This document shows, in pieces, positions 15,394-24,739 of a DNA stretch of 28,030 bases (positions are counted from its first letter, which is position 1; each line of letters begins with the position of its first letter). The stretch is taken from contig JAFDGP010000003.1 of NCBI GenBank assembly GCA_019309245.1, positions 1-28,030 of the forward strand, in the 5' to 3' direction. The DNA is from Deltaproteobacteria bacterium (GTDB lineage: Bacteria > Desulfobacterota > Desulfobacteria > Desulfobacterales > C00003060). A model generated the notes under the pieces. The model made no database searches. It was not told the origin of the DNA and was given only the letters and a program-made list of their open reading frames with translations. The position numbers and the translations under genes are program-made.

Positions 15394-17319
15394 GTGTGCG
15401 GCATTTGCGGAATATTTAATCTCAACGGTGAGACGGCGTCTCCGGCGGTGCTTCGCCGGATGACCAATGCCATCGCACATCGTGGCCCGGACGGGGAAGG
15501 CTTTTTTTTCGATAGCTTCATTGGATTGGGACACCGCAGGCTTGCAGTGATTGATCTGACCAGAGCTGGCCATCAGCCAATGCTCTCACAAGACGGTCAA
15601 TACGCCTTGACCTATAATGGCGAGATTTACAACTTCCAGGAACTGAGAAAAGAGCTCGAGGACCTGGGATACCGTTTCCGATCCCGAACGGATAGCGAAG
15701 TTGTCCTGTACGCCTACGTTGCATGGGGACCGGAGTGCGTTGAACGCTTTAACGGCATGTTTGCATTTGCCCTTTGGGACAAGGCCCGGGTGGAACTGTT
15801 TGTTGCCAGAGACCGTTACGGCATTAAACCCTTGTACTATACCTTGTCCGGGCCAAGTTTTATATTCGCGTCCGAGCAAAAGGCCATCCTGGAGCACACG
15901 CGGGTATCGCGTGCGGTGGACCTGGAAGCGCTACTGGAATATTTCACCTTCCAGAATCTTTTTACCGACAGGACCCTGCTCAAAGGCATTCGGCTCTTCC
16001 CGGCCGGATGTTGGGCAAGAATTCCCCTGGGCAATTCGGGCACAGGGTCTGCTGCATTGAAGATCCATCGGTACTGGGACTTCGACTTCCGCGATCCTGA
16101 GCGTCCGGCCTCCGAGCGGGAGTACATCGAGGAACTTGACCGACTTTTTCAACAGGCCGTCAAGCGGCAATTGGTGAGCGATGTGGAGCTGGGATGTTAT
16201 CTGAGCGGGGGGATTGATTCTGGATCCATCACGGCCGTTGCATCCAGGGGGCTGCCGTATATTAAGACATTTACGTGCGGCTTTGACTTGCACTCCGCAT
16301 CGGGGCTGGAGTTGGGATTTGACGAGCGAAGAAAATCGGAACGGCTGTCCTATCTTTTTAAGACTGAACATTATGAAATTGTTTTAAAGGCCGGCGATAT
16401 GGAACGCGTTTTGCCTGAAGTGGCGTGGCACTTAGAAGAGCCTAGGGTTGGCCAAAGTTATCCAAACTATTACATCGCGCGTCTGGCCAGTAAATTTGTA
16501 AAAGTTATCCTGGCCGGGACGGGAGGAGATGAGCTCTTTGGGGGATATCCCTGGAGGTATTACAGAGCGACCGAGAGCGCTGGATTTGAAGACTATATCG
16601 ATAAACACTACAGATATTGGCAGCGGCTGATTCCAAACCGCATTCTACGTAAGGTATTTAAACCCGTCTGGAAACAAGTGGAGCATGTCTGGACAAGAGA
16701 TATCTTTCGGGATGTATTTCTGAAGTGCCCCCAGAAAATCACAAAGCCGGAAGATTATATTAACCAATCTTTGTATTTTGAAGCGAAGACTTTTCTCCAT
16801 GGCCTGCTGGTGGTCGATGACAAGCATAGTATGGCTCATGGGTTGGAGGCACGGGTCCCCTTTCTTGACAATGATCTTGTGGATTTTGCCATGCAGGTGC
16901 CCGTCAGGTTGAAACTGAAAAATCTTACAGATTTGATTCGTCTCAACGAAAATGAGCCCGGCGCGTATGGAAGCAGGAGAAACGAGAAGGCAAGAGATGG
17001 CAAGCTGGTTTTGCGAAAAGTCATGGAGCGCTATGTTCCACAAGAGATTGCCAGAGCCCAGAAGCAGGGGTTTTCGGCGCCTGACGCTTCCTGGTTTAAG
17101 GGCGAGAGTATCGAATATGTACGTAAGGAACTCATGACGGATGACGGTCCGATTTATGACTATCTGGATCGGGAGGCGGTCCGTGGAATCATAAATGATC
17201 ACTTAAGCGGGAAAAAAAATCGGCGCTTGGCAATTTGGTCATTTCTGAATTTTCAATGGTGGCTGAGAAGATTCATTTTGCAGTCTGACGTACAGAGCGA
17301 TTTGGCTTCATTTGGGTGA
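15394..17319 (+). CDS. asnB: Asparagine synthase-like glutamine amidotransferase (probably amidates a sugar carboxylate)
   Basis: GTG-TGC start gives the N-terminal Cys of an Ntn amidotransferase (CGICG). Also HRGPDG, GHRRLAVID, YNGEIYN, SDSEV-like TDSEV, RDRYGIKPLY, LSGGIDS, GTGGDELFGGY and EARVPFLD. Confidence 0.93.
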   Translation: MCGICGIFNLNGETASPAVLRRMTNAIAHRGPDGEGFFFDSFIGLGHRRLAVIDLTRAGHQPMLSQDGQYALTYNGEIYNFQELRKELEDLGYRFRSRTDSEVVLYAYVAWGPECVERFNGMFAFALWDKARVELFVARDRYGIKPLYYTLSGPSFIFASEQKAILEHTRVSRAVDLEALLEYFTFQNLFTDRTLLKGIRLFPAGCWARIPLGNSGTGSAALKIHRYWDFDFRDPERPASEREYIEELDRLFQQAVKRQLVSDVELGCYLSGGIDSGSITAVASRGLPYIKTFTCGFDLHSASGLELGFDERRKSERLSYLFKTEHYEIVLKAGDMERVLPEVAWHLEEPRVGQSYPNYYIARLASKFVKVILAGTGGDELFGGYPWRYYRATESAGFEDYIDKHYRYWQRLIPNRILRKVFKPVWKQVEHVWTRDIFRDVFLKCPQKITKPEDYINQSLYFEAKTFLHGLLVVDDKHSMAHGLEARVPFLDNDLVDFAMQVPVRLKLKNLTDLIRLNENEPGAYGSRRNEKARDGKLVLRKVMERYVPQEIARAQKQGFSAPDASWFKGESIEYVRKELMTDDGPIYDYLDREAVRGIINDHLSGKKNRRLAIWSFLNFQWWLRRFILQSDVQSDLASFG

Positions 17320-17378
17320 GAACAAATACAAATTACAGATATCTTGGTCGATAAATGGCTTTTTGCTCGGAGCGGCAT

Positions 17379-18092
17379 GTGAAGGTAGGATTTGTTTCGG
17401 ACGCTCATGGGAACCCGCATGGCCTTAAAGTGTGTTTGGAGCATCTGCGAAGATTGGGCGTTAAAGATGTCTATTTCCTCGGTGATGCCGTGGGGTATTT
17501 CCCTGATGCCCAGAGAACTATCGACCTGCTTGAGGCGGAATGTGTGGCCTGTCTGATGGGAAACCACGAGGCAATGCTTTTGGGGGACCTCCCTGTAGAG
17601 CCGGGACATGATAGGGTTGCAAAGATTACGGAGACACGAGAACAAATTGGAAGTTCCTATCTGGAAAAAATAAGATCTTGGGAGCGTTTCAAAAAAATCG
17701 AGTTAGATGGCAGGGATATACTTTGCGTTCATGGCAACCCTTGGGACCCTTTAAACGGCTATGTGTATCCAGACTCAGACATTCAAGGATTTTCAGAGAT
17801 GCCCTTTGACGCGTTTTTCCTCGGACATACGCATCGGCCGTTCATTCGCAAAGTGGGAGCATCCATAGTAACAAATGTGGGTTCATGTTCGTTACCGCGG
17901 GATCAGGGAAACCTGGCGTCTTGTAGTGTCTATGACAGCACTGAGGATACGGTACAGGTCTTAAGAGTACCGTTCGATAAAGATAAAATTATAAGGTTGT
18001 ACGGCAATTGGGTCAGCTCGGAGGTTAGAGACACGCTCCTACGACAAGCTGACAAAGAAACGACGGGAGATATTGTCGAGAAGTTGCCATGA
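17379..18092 (+). CDS. Calcineurin-like metallophosphoesterase
   Basis: All five metal motifs are present: SDAHGN, GDAVGY, GNHE, VHG, GHTH, plus NVGS. GTG 17379 has GGAG upstream; ATG 17355 is the alternative start. Confidence 0.88.
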   Translation: MKVGFVSDAHGNPHGLKVCLEHLRRLGVKDVYFLGDAVGYFPDAQRTIDLLEAECVACLMGNHEAMLLGDLPVEPGHDRVAKITETREQIGSSYLEKIRSWERFKKIELDGRDILCVHGNPWDPLNGYVYPDSDIQGFSEMPFDAFFLGHTHRPFIRKVGASIVTNVGSCSLPRDQGNLASCSVYDSTEDTVQVLRVPFDKDKIIRLYGNWVSSEVRDTLLRQADKETTGDIVEKLP

Positions 18093-19165
18093 GAACGAAT
18101 ATAGCTGTTATGGTTACAGGAATAGGTGGCGGCGGACATGGAGAGCAGATTTTGAAGGCGTTGCGCATGAGTCCGACTTCATATGAGATTGTCGGATGTG
18201 ATATGTCTCCGTTAAGCAAAGGCCTCATGGAGGTTGACCATGCCTATGTGGTGCCGCCGGCCTCTGATTCGGCGTATGTGCCGCGACTTCTTGATATCTG
18301 CGGGAAACATCACGTGAAGGCCGTTTTTCATGGCTCAGAAGCGGAACTTGTCGTCATGAGCAGGGAAAGAGATAGATTTCGGAAAGCGGGTATACTGCTT
18401 CCGATAAACCCAAAGCGGGTCATAGATCTGTGTATGGATAAATGGGAGACGGCGAAATTCTTGGTGCAGAATGGTTTTAATTGCCCAAAAACCGTCCGAG
18501 TAGTTAGCCGGGATGACCTGAAGGAAATCGAGTTTCTACCTGCTGTTTTAAAACCATCGACCGGCACAGGGGGGTCGTTTAATACCTTTTTGGCCCAGAC
18601 CCGCCGGGAATTGTTACTGCTCGGAGAATATTTATTAAATTACCAGAATAACTTTATCGTACAACAATACATGGGAAGGCACGATGCAGAGTACACGGTT
18701 GGTGTTTTACTTTCCATGGAGGGACAACTGATCAATTCGATTGCTGTGAAAAGAAACCTTGATGCCAGCTTGAGCGTCCGAATGAAGGTCAGGAATCTGA
18801 CAGGAGATTCAAGCCTGGGCTCGATTCTGGCGATCAGCAGTGGCATTTCGCAGGGAGAGATAAAGCGGTTTCCGGAGGTGACTTCTTTTTGCGAGAAAAT
18901 CGCGGTTCGTTTGGGATGTCGCGGGGCGGTTAATTTTCAGTGCCGGCTGGTCGACAAGACGCCGTACGTGTTTGAGATCAATCCCCGATTTTCCGGAACC
19001 ACCTCGCTCAGGGCAATGGTGGGTTACAATGAACCCGATATCTTGATTCGGATGCATGTGCTTGGGGAAAACCCGAAACGCTGGTTCCATTACAGGGATG
19101 GAGTAATTTTAAGAGGGTTGCAGGAGTCGTTTGTCGAGATTGGAGAGCAAGAACTTTTGAGATGA
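18089..19165 (+). CDS. ATP-grasp domain protein (CarB-like single grasp with N-terminal Rossmann-like domain)
   Basis: VTGIGGGG, CMDKWET, VLKPSTGTGGS, IVQQY, EYTV and FEINPRFSGT. ATGA overlap with the upstream gene. Confidence 0.9.
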   Translation: MRTNIAVMVTGIGGGGHGEQILKALRMSPTSYEIVGCDMSPLSKGLMEVDHAYVVPPASDSAYVPRLLDICGKHHVKAVFHGSEAELVVMSRERDRFRKAGILLPINPKRVIDLCMDKWETAKFLVQNGFNCPKTVRVVSRDDLKEIEFLPAVLKPSTGTGGSFNTFLAQTRRELLLLGEYLLNYQNNFIVQQYMGRHDAEYTVGVLLSMEGQLINSIAVKRNLDASLSVRMKVRNLTGDSSLGSILAISSGISQGEIKRFPEVTSFCEKIAVRLGCRGAVNFQCRLVDKTPYVFEINPRFSGTTSLRAMVGYNEPDILIRMHVLGENPKRWFHYRDGVILRGLQESFVEIGEQELLR

Positions 19166-20361
19166 TTAGACAGGGTGCCTTGGAAGATATAGAGATGGAG
19201 GCGTATGAATGTGCGGTTTGTGGATCAAGGGACCTGGAGCCTCTATATCCATCGGGCTATCAGGGAATGGGGGTCTGTTCCGATTTCAGGTTGATAAATG
19301 GCGTGAGAGTCGAAAACAGAATATGTCGTCAGTGTGGATTGATTTTCAACGCCGAGGGTATACGGGGCAATACGAAACGCTTTTATAACGCTACTTATAG
19401 CTTAATGCGATTTAAAGACGATGCCGCGATCAGACATTTTTCGGAAACGAGGCAGATTTCCCAGGCAGAGCAGACCCGCGATGTGTTTTTCAGGCTTTTG
19501 TTTCCAAAGAAAAAGGGCAGGCTCCTTGAAGTAGGGGCCGGCAAGGGAGATTTCTTGAGGTGTTGCCGCGAAGCGATCTCCGGGTGGCGCATTACCGTAT
19601 TGGAACCCGGGGAATCTTTTTCATACCTTGTTCACAAACTTAGAGGTGTCGAGGCTCATCGTAGCGATTATAAAGATTACGATATTGAAAAAGGCACCTA
19701 CGATATCATTGTTGCCCTGGGAGTTCTGGAGCATGTGGAGAACCCTCTTGATATGCTTCAATGGGTTCATAGAGGATTAAATGACGGTGGCGCCGTGTTC
19801 CTGCGTGTTCCAAACTTCGAGAAGAACCCGAATGATCTGTTTTGCGTGGACCATTTGTCAAAACTTACGGTAGCCACCTTACATGGGCTTGCGGAGAAAG
19901 CGGGGTTTGCGGTTATGGACGTCGAAAGTGCAGGGGTGCCTGTTTTTGCAGTACTGAAAAAAGAAAAAAGAGTTATGCCCAACGACGATGAGCACACCTA
20001 CAACACAAACATGAAAATCGCGGGTGCGAATGCTGTTTTTGCCGAAAGGGCCATCAAAGCGATTCTTAAAGCGAGAGAGACCGCCGCTCGAAAGAGGGAG
20101 CCTTTCGGCATTTTTGGCCTGGCAATGTCTGGAATTTTTGCACCGATTTTTAGTGGATTCAGCCCATCCGATATTGCGGCTTATATAGACGAAAACAAGA
20201 GTTTCTGGGGGTTGAGAATCCATGGCAGGCCTGTGGAAGGGCTGGGCGCGATCGAAGAAAAGAAGATTCGCCATATTGCCCTTACGATTAGCCCCGTATA
20301 TGTGAAGCAGGTCAAAGAAAAACTGAGTAGGTTTCGGGGATTAACTGTGTATGTTCCATAG
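19162..20361 (+). CDS. Class I SAM-dependent methyltransferase with Zn-binding N-terminus and Rossmann-like C-terminal domain (NDP-sugar C/O-methyltransferase-like)
   Basis: CAVC...CRQC, motif I LLEVGAGKG, VLEHVENP, C-terminal IFGLAMSG...AYIDEN...GRPV. ATGA overlap with the upstream gene. Confidence 0.85.
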   Translation: MIRQGALEDIEMEAYECAVCGSRDLEPLYPSGYQGMGVCSDFRLINGVRVENRICRQCGLIFNAEGIRGNTKRFYNATYSLMRFKDDAAIRHFSETRQISQAEQTRDVFFRLLFPKKKGRLLEVGAGKGDFLRCCREAISGWRITVLEPGESFSYLVHKLRGVEAHRSDYKDYDIEKGTYDIIVALGVLEHVENPLDMLQWVHRGLNDGGAVFLRVPNFEKNPNDLFCVDHLSKLTVATLHGLAEKAGFAVMDVESAGVPVFAVLKKEKRVMPNDDEHTYNTNMKIAGANAVFAERAIKAILKARETAARKREPFGIFGLAMSGIFAPIFSGFSPSDIAAYIDENKSFWGLRIHGRPVEGLGAIEEKKIRHIALTISPVYVKQVKEKLSRFRGLTVYVP

Positions 20362-20407
20362 GTCGAACGGAGAGAGACAACTCCGAGGGGAAAAGCCGTC
20401 AAATAAG

Positions 20408-21106
20408 ATGATTGTATTAAGCTTCGACAGTGATTGGGCGCCTCAATTTGTAATAGATTACGTCGCGGGAAAGCTGGAGGCAGCCGGTGTTAGCGCAACG
20501 TTCTTTCTGACATCACCTTATGTTATGCATGATCGTGCCGATATTGAAATAGGAATTCATCCGAATTTTATGTCTGATTCTACCCAGGGCAATACCGAAA
20601 ATGAGGTTCTGACCACGTTAAAACGTTGGCATCCCAGTGCCCTGGGATCAAGGTCCCACCGATTCTATTGGCACAGTAATCTCTCGGACAGGTTGGCTGA
20701 CAGTGGGATCTTATATGACAGCTCCATATTCATGCCTTATCAGTCCTTTTTGATGCCTTTTAAGGTGGGCCGCATAATGCGAATTCCTGTTTGGTGGAGT
20801 GATGGCTTACATCTGCTCAGTGAAATGCCGTTTAGGGTCTCGGAGCTGCCGAACTTGGAAAAGCCCGGACTGAAGGTTTTTAATTTTCATCCTATTCATA
20901 TTTACCTGAACACAAGAAGCCCAAACGGATATCGCGAAAAGGTAAAAATGATCAATCCCCTTTTTGAGGCGGACCCGGAAGCGCTTTTAAGGCTTAAAGA
21001 AAACGGATTCGGCATCGGGACTCTATTTGCCGATCTTCTGGAATATGTGGCCAGACAAGATGATAACTCAATGAGGCTAAAGGAGATATGCCGAAGCGGC
21101 TGGTGA
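20408..21106 (+). CDS. Polysaccharide deacetylase-like protein (NodB/WbmS-like)
   Basis: LSFDSDWAP, SATFFLT, EIGIHPNF, GSRSH, YDSS and FNFHPIHIYLN. ATG 20408 is preferred over the track start at 20351, which overlaps the previous gene. Confidence 0.82.
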   Translation: MIVLSFDSDWAPQFVIDYVAGKLEAAGVSATFFLTSPYVMHDRADIEIGIHPNFMSDSTQGNTENEVLTTLKRWHPSALGSRSHRFYWHSNLSDRLADSGILYDSSIFMPYQSFLMPFKVGRIMRIPVWWSDGLHLLSEMPFRVSELPNLEKPGLKVFNFHPIHIYLNTRSPNGYREKVKMINPLFEADPEALLRLKENGFGIGTLFADLLEYVARQDDNSMRLKEICRSGW

Positions 21107-21118
21107 CAAGAGGACGTT

Positions 21119-22228
21119 ATGTTTGATATTGGCGAGGAAAGACGGATCAATAAGGCCATACTTGAATACATTGATTATTATTCTTTGAATCTTGAGCATC
21201 TGGTTGTGTATACCGAAGTCGGCTCCGGTTATTATCAATTCACGCCCATGATTTGTGTCATTGCAGGGGCCCAGAAGGTCTATGCAGTGACAAGAGATTC
21301 CAATTGGGGGAAGGCCGATGAGATCAAAAAGGCCACCTATGACATCATAAACCGATGGGACCTTCGTGATTGCGTCGAAGTAGTAGAGGAAAAAAAGGCG
21401 AAAGATGTTTCAAAATGCGACATTATAACGAACCTGGGTTTTGTGAGGCCTATCGATTCGGAAATGATTTCGTGGATGAAAGCGACTGCGGTGATTCCAT
21501 TGATGTGGGAAGCATGGGAATTCAGACCCAACGAGATCGACATGTCGGCGTGCAAGAAAAGAGGAATTCTTGTCCTGGGAACAGATGAGCACAAAAACAG
21601 CTTTATCAAATATGCGGGCTATGTTGTTTGGAAGCTTCTCTTTGAAAGTAACATTGAGATTTTCAAGAATAGGTTTTTGGTCATGAGTTCGGATCCCGTA
21701 GCCAGAGTGATTAATGAGCTGTTTTACAATAACGGGATTGATTTCATGTGGACGTCTTTTCACGAAAATATACAAGGAAAATACAGGCCGTTCCATATTG
21801 ATCGTCATGATCGGAGCACGCTGTTGGACTTTATTTCAAGGTGCGACGCGGTGATCTGTGATGAAAAAGTATTCGATCGGCCCCTTATCCACTCTCGCGG
21901 CCTCATAACGCCTGAGGACCTGAAGGAAGCCAATGATTCGATTGTTGTTATTGTTAGAAGTGGGGTGATTGACCACGAAGGACTAAGGCGGTGCGGAATC
22001 CGAGTCTATCCCGAAACACAAGTACCTTTTGGATATTCCACAACGTGTTCATATGCTCTAGGGCCACGACCTGTCATTGAGCTCCATGTCGCAGGTTTGA
22101 AAGTCGGTGAAGCGATGGCCCGTGCTCGGTTGGCCGGACTTGGTGTGGTGGAAGCCGCACGCCAGGCAAGGCAACAATCGCTCGCGCAGGACTTTGAAGG
22201 AGATCTGGCATGGATAAAAGACCTCTGA
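21119..22228 (+). CDS. Hypothetical protein, partly resembling a 2-hydroxyacid-dehydrogenase substrate-binding/Rossmann fold
   Basis: 369 aa ORF tightly packed in the operon. DIITNLGFVRPID...IDMSACKKRGILVLGT recalls the 'DL.AA..RGI.V.N' segment of D-2-hydroxyacid dehydrogenases. There is no confident family call. Confidence 0.75.
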   Translation: MFDIGEERRINKAILEYIDYYSLNLEHLVVYTEVGSGYYQFTPMICVIAGAQKVYAVTRDSNWGKADEIKKATYDIINRWDLRDCVEVVEEKKAKDVSKCDIITNLGFVRPIDSEMISWMKATAVIPLMWEAWEFRPNEIDMSACKKRGILVLGTDEHKNSFIKYAGYVVWKLLFESNIEIFKNRFLVMSSDPVARVINELFYNNGIDFMWTSFHENIQGKYRPFHIDRHDRSTLLDFISRCDAVICDEKVFDRPLIHSRGLITPEDLKEANDSIVVIVRSGVIDHEGLRRCGIRVYPETQVPFGYSTTCSYALGPRPVIELHVAGLKVGEAMARARLAGLGVVEAARQARQQSLAQDFEGDLAWIKDL

Positions 22229-22986
22229 TCCTGCCGGACTTTTTGATCATCGGCTCCGGCCGTTGCGGGACTTCTTTCCTTTATGAATGTTTGAAACAAC
22301 ACCCCGAGATCTACCTGAAAGATTCCAAGACTCCCGAACCACATTTTTTTCTGAGAGACAGTGAATACGAAAAAGGGCTAGCCTACTATTCAGAGAAATA
22401 CTTTTCCAGATGGCGTGGAGAAAAAAAAGTGGGAGAGGCCTCGGTAAACTATCTGTTTTTTGAGCGTGCTGCGGCGCGAGCACACCGTGACATCCCGGAT
22501 GTGAAACTGATTTGCATGGTCAGAAACCCGATTGACAGGATCTTTTCGGCCTACTGTCGATCCGTTGAAACGGGCTGGGAAGATTTGAGCTTCGAGCGTG
22601 CCCTGGACAAGGAACAGGAGCGGACCCAAAACCCACCGGACGAATACCACCGGCAATTCGAGCCCAGGGCCTATACGAAAAAGGGATTCTATCTCCGCCA
22701 TATCGAAATGTGGTTGAACTATTTCGATCGAAGCCGGTTGTTCGTAGGTGTTTTTGAGGAGATGGTCCGTTCCCCAATGGCCGTGATAAAGGAAGTCTTT
22801 CGCTTCTTGCAGGTGGATGAGGATTTTGTGCCGATTTTCCCGCGTCGAAAGGTGAACGCATCGGCCCTGCGTGATGAAATCAAAATGAATCCTGAGACCA
22901 GACGGGCTCTGAAAACCATGTTTGAGGCTGAGAACAAGAGATTGGCCAAATTCCTCGGGCGTTCCCTGGATATCTGGGAAAACTGA
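22210..22986 (+). CDS. PAPS-dependent sulfotransferase (heparan-sulfate-sulfotransferase-like bacterial family)
   Basis: PDFLIIGSGRCGTSFL (5'-PSB loop), KTPEPHFF, GEASVNY, RNPIDRIFSAY (3'-PB) and KGFY. Confidence 0.9.
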   Translation: MDKRPLILPDFLIIGSGRCGTSFLYECLKQHPEIYLKDSKTPEPHFFLRDSEYEKGLAYYSEKYFSRWRGEKKVGEASVNYLFFERAAARAHRDIPDVKLICMVRNPIDRIFSAYCRSVETGWEDLSFERALDKEQERTQNPPDEYHRQFEPRAYTKKGFYLRHIEMWLNYFDRSRLFVGVFEEMVRSPMAVIKEVFRFLQVDEDFVPIFPRRKVNASALRDEIKMNPETRRALKTMFEAENKRLAKFLGRSLDIWEN

Positions 22987-23074
22987 AAACGCGTATTGTT
23001 CTCAATGCGTAAGCCGCAACTTCAAATGGTTTTCTTAAGAGGGTAAACAGTGCTGATTGGGTGGGTTTTAGTCC

Positions 23075-24622
23075 ATGGTATTTGAAATAGCAGCAATAAT
23101 GGGGTTGGCGTTTTGCACACGGTTTTTATTCCTGTGTTCCGAAACATCGGACTACTATGTGCACCTGTGGCTTATCAAGCTTTTCAAGCAAGGAATTTCT
23201 CTAAGAAAAAAGGAGGTCAAAAACGCACTAAACAAAGGGATTATAGGGGCACCACCACTTCCTTATTGTGTTATTGCAAAATTTCCGGAGAGATACTGGA
23301 TTCCCATCGGACTCATTGGAAATATCGTCTATGATGTGGTGACTACATTGGCTTTTTACGTGATGTGCAGGGCGATTCTGGGCAGTGCATCACAAGATGT
23401 TCTCGGATGCAGTGCAGCCTTTGTCACCACATTGCTTTATACTACTACCCCGATCCTGCACCCCACAACTGCACGGCTCAAAACAATCGGGGCCAGAACA
23501 CTGGGGAACCTTTTTTGTTTTCTGTATTTCACCTGCCTGGGATATTTCATGATTGCCGGTGACGGCAGGACGCTGATAGGATGCGGGGTGTTCGGCCTGC
23601 TCATTGTATTGTCTTCCAAGTTTGCGCTTCAGGTGCTGGTGTTTCTGTCGCTTGGGTTGTCCGCGTTTTATTGGAGCGTTTGGCCGATATTGGTGTGCAT
23701 GGCCGTGCTATTGACTGGTGTCCTGATCGTGCCCCTGGGGGTATGGGAGTACCTGAAGACAAGACTGTATCACTTCAAATGGTACTGCAAAAAACTTCCG
23801 GGAAGAACTATTGATGACAGGAACTCTTTTCGTATCCTTTTGGCTCTTCCCCGGCTTTTTTTGACAAATCCGGCCCGGAGCATTCGTTTCGTGTTTGACA
23901 AATGCACGCCGGTGATATTGCTCTATTCGGTGCCTGTGTTGCCGTTTGTCTTGTACTGGGCATGCTTTTCACCTACAGATGTTCGCATCACACAAAGCCC
24001 CGTGCTCTATTTTTGCTTGGCGATCACGCTAACGGCTCTCGCCGTGTTCGTGCTCACATCCACAAGGCCGTTCCTGTTTCTGGGGCAAGCGGAAAGATAT
24101 TTTGAATATGCACTTCCGGCTGCCATGATCATTTTTTCGAGTGTGTGCATCAACAGCGGATACATTGCATTAATGGTATATATGGGCGTTTTCAACATCG
24201 TGTTTGTGTTGCTGGGCTTTATTTACAGCAATCATCGGGCATATGCAGCAAAGTTGGCACGGGAGCACGAAGAGTCGTTTGAGATGTTAATCGAATACCT
24301 CAAGACATGCGGGTTGCACAACATCGCTACAGTTCCCACAAAACTCAGCAACAAGCTGGCTACATATCTACCGCAAGATTACAGGTTTTACTTCTACAAT
24401 ATCCATGAAAAAGGACGTGGATTGAACCATATCCTGGAAAATCATATCGCCCATCATCTGTTCCATCCGGATCTGAAAAGGATCGGGAAAAAATTCCAGA
24501 TAGAGCTCGTCGTCGTCATGAAGGAAGCCCTGGAGTTGTACCCGATCTACGGCTATCAAAAGCCTTTTGGGGGGTATGAAAAGCGATACGAAAACGACCG
24601 TTATGTGGTTTTTGGAACCTGA
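23075..24622 (+). CDS. Polytopic membrane protein with soluble C-terminal domain, GT-C-like
   Basis: Many hydrophobic segments in residues 1-385 and a polar C-terminal ~130 aa. Acidic first loop (SETSDYYVH) and a late ERYFEYALP motif. The functional call is inference. Confidence 0.7.
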   Translation: MVFEIAAIMGLAFCTRFLFLCSETSDYYVHLWLIKLFKQGISLRKKEVKNALNKGIIGAPPLPYCVIAKFPERYWIPIGLIGNIVYDVVTTLAFYVMCRAILGSASQDVLGCSAAFVTTLLYTTTPILHPTTARLKTIGARTLGNLFCFLYFTCLGYFMIAGDGRTLIGCGVFGLLIVLSSKFALQVLVFLSLGLSAFYWSVWPILVCMAVLLTGVLIVPLGVWEYLKTRLYHFKWYCKKLPGRTIDDRNSFRILLALPRLFLTNPARSIRFVFDKCTPVILLYSVPVLPFVLYWACFSPTDVRITQSPVLYFCLAITLTALAVFVLTSTRPFLFLGQAERYFEYALPAAMIIFSSVCINSGYIALMVYMGVFNIVFVLLGFIYSNHRAYAAKLAREHEESFEMLIEYLKTCGLHNIATVPTKLSNKLATYLPQDYRFYFYNIHEKGRGLNHILENHIAHHLFHPDLKRIGKKFQIELVVVMKEALELYPIYGYQKPFGGYEKRYENDRYVVFGT

Positions 24623-24739
24623 CGACATGATGGCCTTTCGGGTCTTAGACACCGCTTTTGAAACAATGATGTGGGAGCAGAACACGGAAAGTCTTGGTGT
24701 TGGGACGATTCCGAGGATGGAACGGGATATTTAGCTGTA

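Noticed and set aside
15384-15419. Short out-of-frame uORF (MIARVRHLRNI) overlapping the asnB start
   Set aside because: The SD is too close to its ATG. The GTG-TGC start at 15394 is supported by the need for an N-terminal Cys.
17212-22428. A8 runs in asnB (about 17212) and ST1 (about 22421) as phase-variation tracts
   Set aside because: The runs are short, frames are intact, and similar A8 runs occur in housekeeping genes (about 1412, 7545, 7773).
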